DNA of 64,000 bases. It comes from Euglena gracilis (lineage: Eukaryota). Position 1 is the stretch's first letter; each line of letters begins with the position of its first letter. Position numbers and translations under genes: made by a program. The stretch spans positions 33,271,455-33,335,454 of the forward strand of contig CP154954.1 of NCBI GenBank assembly GCA_039621445.1, given 5' to 3'. The notes beneath the pieces were generated by a model that saw nothing but the letters and a program-made list of their open reading frames with translations, was not told the DNA's origin and searched no databases. Below, in pieces: positions 58,901-64,000 of this stretch.

Positions 58901-60425
58901 TTGTGCCAGGGCACTTTTGGCCATGTGCCCTACCCTACCCCCGGGGGGGGGGGGGTCGGATCAGGAGTGCCTTGGAGTGCCTGCCCCCCCCCCCGGTGGG
59001 GTCGGCACCCAACTAAAATACAGCCTGGCAGGAACCCCCGGTCAGCATTGCCTTGAAATTCAGCCTGTGCACCACCTTTCCCACGGCCTTTTCCAGCACC
59101 TTTGCCAAAACCACGGCCACCAATGAACCCAGGAGCTGCAGCAAAAGGCATTTCAGAATTTGACATGAGGTGAAACGAGGTGGCTTGGTTGAAGAGGTGG
59201 CCCAAGCACCTCAGGGCACCGAAGTCCGTTTTTTTTGACGATGACGGTTTACCTTGCTTGTTGCTGTGTCCGCTTCCAAAAATTCCTCCAAGGAAAAAAA
59301 CGCCAAAAAGGTCCTGGTATCCAAGAACCAACGACCTTGAATCCTTTGAGTCAGTACTTGTTCGCTACTCGACCGCCACCGAAATTTTTCAAAGTCTTAT
59401 TGGAATATTTAAGGTTATTGAAGGAGTAGGGTTTGGTGCGCACATGGACATGTTGTGCAACATGGCCATGTGCGCACCTAACCCTACCCTTCAAATAACC
59501 CCACAATAAACTGGCGGTCGAGTAGCAAACAAGTACCTTTGAGTCAACCAAGGACTTGAATCACCAAAAGTGCTCTAAAAAGTGGTCTTCTGAGGCGAGG
59601 CAGACAGTATCCAGCAACCCCCAACGTGCAGGTTTTGGCGATTCGCATTCTCTCCATAAGTTCTGGTTGGTGTGGGCTTCTCCATTTGGTGAGTTTTTGA
59701 AAAGACAAGTTGTCCAAAGAATAGAGTCCCTGCCAAAAACAAAATTTTCTTTGTTTCTTCCGATTTTTTGAACAAGCAAAAACCAAAATCAAACAACATC
59801 ACAACTGGTTCATTGCCGTTAGTGAGGTTCCAGGTTGATTTGACTTCCTCATGGTTCTCACACTTTGCAGTTCAGAAAAAGTGCTCAGAGAAACCTGAGC
59901 CTCTCACAAGCACATTTGAACAGTTGTCAAATTCTGTGCACTCCCCCCAACCGTGGGAATTTCGCTGCAGGTGCGCCAAAACCATTGTCCAGCGGGCGCT
60001 TTGGTCGGGTGCCAGGAAGGGCATCGCGCAATTGAGTTGAAGACATGAAAACTTTCAAAGTGTTTGGGAAGTCCTCGTCAATCGGGTATCCGTGAGCATC
60101 AGGGAAGCTGTCAGGTTGAAAATTTCATATAAAACTTCATATCATTTTCAGCAGCCCTGCGCAAGCCATTCAATGGCGGCTTGAGCTTCTTGTGCCGTTC
60201 CAAACCTTGCATAACCAACCTGGTGTCCAGCCTTGGTGTGATTGATGATGCACCGTTGGACACCGTTTGCGAATTTGAACATAAGGCGAAATTCACGAGC
60301 CGTTTACAACAGGAACCAATCAAAAAAAGAGCAAGAAATCTCACTGGAGAGTGATTCCTGCTCATATAGTCGGGAAGGTTTCCGACACAAATAGTTGTAG
60401 ATGCTTCAGGGATTGCGAGTTCCAT
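55919..60425 (-). CDS. Two-RRM RNA-binding protein (paralog B), 7 exons, all six introns nonconventional
   Basis: Exons 60425-60364, 60304-60163, 60094-59940, 59149-59071, 58389-58334, 57148-57067, 56044-55919 join in frame: MELAIPEASTTICVGNLPDYITAREFRLMF...HGYPIDEDFPNTLKVFMS...SVYVGGVPHDWDETALQSLF...GNIAFIHF...RGNTSSPRI*. The stop codon aligns with paralog A. Confidence 0.9.
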
Positions 60426-60623
60426 ATTTGAATATCCCTGAAAGTGACAGAAACCACAGCGTCCATTCAAAACGCCATTTAAAGCAGTAAGCAAGTTTAA
60501 ATTCAAAAAATATTTATTTCTGAAAAGGTTTGTCTCTCGGGTTTTTCCTTTTTTGTCCCTCCTCTCTCTCGCTGGAAACCATAGGATCAATTCCTAATTT
60601 GAAGTTCTTTCTTAGCGTCTTTC

Positions 60624-60649
60624 ACTTTCTGAGTGTCTATTTTTTTTCG
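60624..60649 (+). other. Genomic copy of the Euglena spliced-leader exon ACTTTCTGAGTGTCTATTTTTTTTCG
   Basis: Exact match to the 26-nt E. gracilis SL as I recall it. It is followed by CCCTGG rather than a GT donor. Confidence 0.92.
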
Positions 60650-61535
60650 CCCCTGGTGGGGTCTGAAGATATCACTACTGAGATTACTGTGGATGATGTC
60701 GAAGACCCAATGGACATTACCCTCAGTCCGGCTTCGGTACAGAGTGTCAATGAGGTACCGGCACCCCCTCCAAGACAGCCAGAGGAGCAGTCCAGAGCAG
60801 TGCTGAAGGGCAAAAGCAAACGGCCTGACAAGCGACATCGAACAATCTTCAATTTGCACATGGAGCTGAAACAATTACAAGCCAAAATGAAGGTAAAAGA
60901 AAAGAAATAGAAGGCAGAAGAAGAGGAGCTAAGAGAACAGCTGAAACGTTTAACAGCGACTGCCCCTCCCCCTTTGCCGCAGCCCTCTACTGACCAGATC
61001 CCAGCTTCGGCTGGTTGGCACGTTGTCCTTCTGCCCCCTCTTCCCCCAATTTGCCCCCATCTTTGGTTCAATGTGTTCTTCCCCACTCCCTCTTCCACCC
61101 AAAATGTGCCCCATGTACCTGATTTGCTGGGATCTGGCCCCCCCCCACTGTGGCACACAGCACCCCCCAGCAAACTGGTCACAATGTCCCTGTGGCTTCT
61201 CCTGCCCCTGTTGTGCCTTTGTCTGGGGTGGGGTTCATTAGAAAAAACTTCAAATCCAGGAATGAAGTGAGGTGAAATTTTGCGAGAAAAACAGAATTCT
61301 TCAGGAATTTCGCCTCGCAGATTTCTATTCAGACGGGGCACGGCGGGTGGGAGTGCCCGACTACGCAGTCAGCCCGCAGCTTACCTTGGTCACACCCGTT
61401 TTGGACGACCTCAGGGGCAGGCTGGGTGCCAACCATGCCACCGTGACCACCTTCCTTAACAACCCACAGCGAATCGCGTCCGCGGACCAGGAGCTGCGGA
61501 AGCAGAAGTGGTGGAATCACGAGCTATTTCGCTAA
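60650..61535 (+). pseudogene. Probable retrocopy of a trans-spliced mRNA, product unknown
   Basis: A coding-like frame follows the SL directly (MDITLSPASVQ...ELKQLQAKMKVKEKK*KAEEEELREQLKRL) with an internal TAG at 60908-60910. A further GC-rich coding-like block lies at ~61330-61535, and its linkage is uncertain. Confidence 0.55.
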
Positions 61536-64000
61536 TGGCCGGGCTCCTTTGGACCCCCAATTAGCCAATTAGGGGGGGGGACAATTAGGGGGGGGTTACC
61601 CCGGCCAATGGCCAATGAGCCTGACCCCTGACCCCCCCCCTAATTGGCTAATGGACCGTCCAACGGGACCCCCAATTAGCCAATTAGGGGGGGCAAATAG
61701 GGGGGGGGGGTGAGGGTAACCCCGGTTCGAACCCAGGTAAGACTTGATCTTTGTTCGTCTCGTCCTTGAATTTTAAGTTCGCGGACAGTAAATGCCGACG
61801 AACTTTTCCACAATCCATGGCTGATGGAATTTCATGGGTGAAGGCGGACAGGCATTTTGAATTCAGATGGAATCACAAATCAAAATAGAGGTTTTACTGT
61901 TTGAAATGATTGAATTCGAAGAAATGATAGTTCATTTCGTGCCAAGTTCGTGCTGATCGCTTCACAGTTGAAGGTATGTTCCCTGTTGCTGCTCCTGCTG
62001 TTCTTCTGTAATGTTTATGAACTGCCACGCATTTTTGTTGGCGACATGCATGCATCTTCATATTTTTGCATGCATATTTTTAGCATCATTTCATTTGTCT
62101 GTGGCATGTCTTCAAAATGGTTGTGTATTACAGTGTTTACAAACTGCTGAAAAACTTTTTTTTTGTTGTCTAAATGTCTGAATGCATCTGCAACAGCTTT
62201 TGCAGCAACATTTGTTTGTGGCATGTCATAATATTCCAGCATGTCCTATGTACGTTTTCTTCTGGACATTTTCTGTGACATCATTCATTCAACATCTTGC
62301 ACATTTAATGCATCACAATTCAACTCAGCATGTATACACTGTACACCCCCCACCTTCCAACGACAGCCCAAAGTCAATATTTGTGTGACATAAAATTCCT
62401 TCTTCAGGAGAATTCACGAGGTGAAATCTGCGAGGTGAAATTTTCATGGGAAAAATTTTGCTCCTTTCCTCTCAAAATGGTCATTTTGAGGTTGATGCTT
62501 CATGGAATTTTATCGAAATTTCCGAAAACTTGCCCAAAATGCCATTTTTGGCCATTTTTTTGCCAAAAAAAGTGCTCTTTTGGTGAACTTCACCGGTGAA
62601 GTTCACCGATGGGTTAGGCAGAGAGGGGGGGAGAGGGTTCGGGACCCCCCGGTGAACTTTAAAACAGTGAACTTCACCATAGGGGGGGGAGGGGGGTTAA
62701 AATGACCAAAGTCTACTGCCTGATCTCCCAGGTGTGCCGCGTAGATCCACCGCAGACCTCATACCCGAAATCTGGCGTCTTTGACGCAGACTCCGTCCTG
62801 AGTCCCTGTGCCTTAGACGCGGATTTAAGGGTCAACTGTGCAAAACACCCAATCCAAGTGCAAAAATTTTCGGAACGGAGGCAAATATTTTTGAGATAAA
62901 GTGCAAACATTCTTGATCTTTGAAATAAGGTGCAAACAAATTTTTAACAGCCTCCTAATTTCAAGAAGGTGCGTCTTAAGACGCAGACTACGCCCAAAGT
63001 ACTGCGTCTTGAATAATGATTTTGTTGGAGCCCCCCAAAACCGACCAAAATGGTCCAGAATGCGTATTGAAGCGGAAATGTCATTGCTGCAAAAGCCGAT
63101 TGACCTCAGATTTTGTCCCACTTCATTCCAACCTTTGACAAATGAGTTACCACCCCCCCCCCCTTATTGTCCCACCGACCTCTCCCCGGGAGGCCCGACC
63201 GGACAATAAGGGGGGGGGGGACAATAAGGGGGTACCAAAGGAATTTCATTGGCCGGGCCAAAAAATCCCCTGTCGGCCGGGGCCCAGGGACAATAAGGGG
63301 GGGGGGACAATAAGGGGGGGGGGGTGGTACATTGGTTCGTGTCAATCCTGTTTTTCAAATACAATTCACTGCTTGGACATTTCCAAATACCAATTTTTGG
63401 CAAAGAAAAACACTGCATATGTGGGCACCTTGCATCAAAACCCCCTTTTCCGCCATTTCAAGCAGTTTTTTTTTGCAATAATTCTGGGCATTTTTGGAAT
63501 TTTTGGGGCCAATTCATGGTGATCATGGATTTTTTTGATGTCATGTTCGACCCCATTTTGGGCAGTTTTTGGCAGATTGTCAAGCATTTTTTTGGGATAG
63601 CTGCAAATATTGTTGATGAATTTTGGAAATGCTGGGCCTTTTGCGTCATTTTAGGTTATTTCTGACCAGATTTTGAACCGTGTCCATCCATTTTGGGCAT
63701 TTTGGCTACTCGCACAAGGCCACCTGTTGGCTTTGGGCAGATAGGGTGTTCACCAATTACCCGTCAATCAAAGTACGAAAATTCGTCCCAAATTCCTAAT
63801 TGGACCTATTTTGGACCCAAATGGCACGCAAATTCCTAATTGGGATCTAAAATTAGAGGAATGAATGACATCACTCAAGTCACGCATGACCTGCCGTAAA
63901 ACCCGTTTACCCCCCGCGACCCCCCCCCGACCCCCCCCCACCGACCCCAACACCCCCGTTGGCCCTCGCCACAAGGAGAACCTCCTATGACTGACTACAT

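Noticed and set aside
61950-62360. Minus-strand ORF remnant (MLEYYDMPQTN...)
   Set aside because: Short and stop-interrupted, with no family recognised.

Overview
Eukaryotic nuclear DNA from a euglenid (Euglena gracilis-like): an exact 26-nt Euglena spliced-leader sequence occurs at 60624-60649, and the genes mix GT-AG introns with euglenid nonconventional stem-loop introns. Four minus-strand multi-exon genes were identified by hand: a Misato/DML1 homolog (27357 to <=7171), an Enhancer-of-polycomb-like gene (~37806-28700, exons only partly resolved) and two paralogous two-RRM genes (49637-43349 and 60425-55919). A 14.2-kb Misato intron holds a ~5.36-kb tandem repeat (2.2 copies) of box C/D and single-hairpin box AGA snoRNA genes plus a recurring conserved bipartite motif. 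The left end has a DIRS-type tyrosine-recombinase retrotransposon and a decayed LTR-retroelement protease region. The window is full of hAT-like MITEs (CAGG...CCTG ends, 8-bp TSD) and TA-flanked MITEs. Main result: most reconstructed nonconventional introns have the geometry 3 nt + CAG...CTG + 5 nt, which equals one MITE plus exactly one 8-bp TSD. The RRM paralogs differ by six such introns, one keeping a 7/8 TSD and one carrying the terminal repeat of a free MITE. This points to MITEs acting as intron generators. All gene models and RNA targets are manual inferences without transcript or database support, and homopolymer errors are likely.
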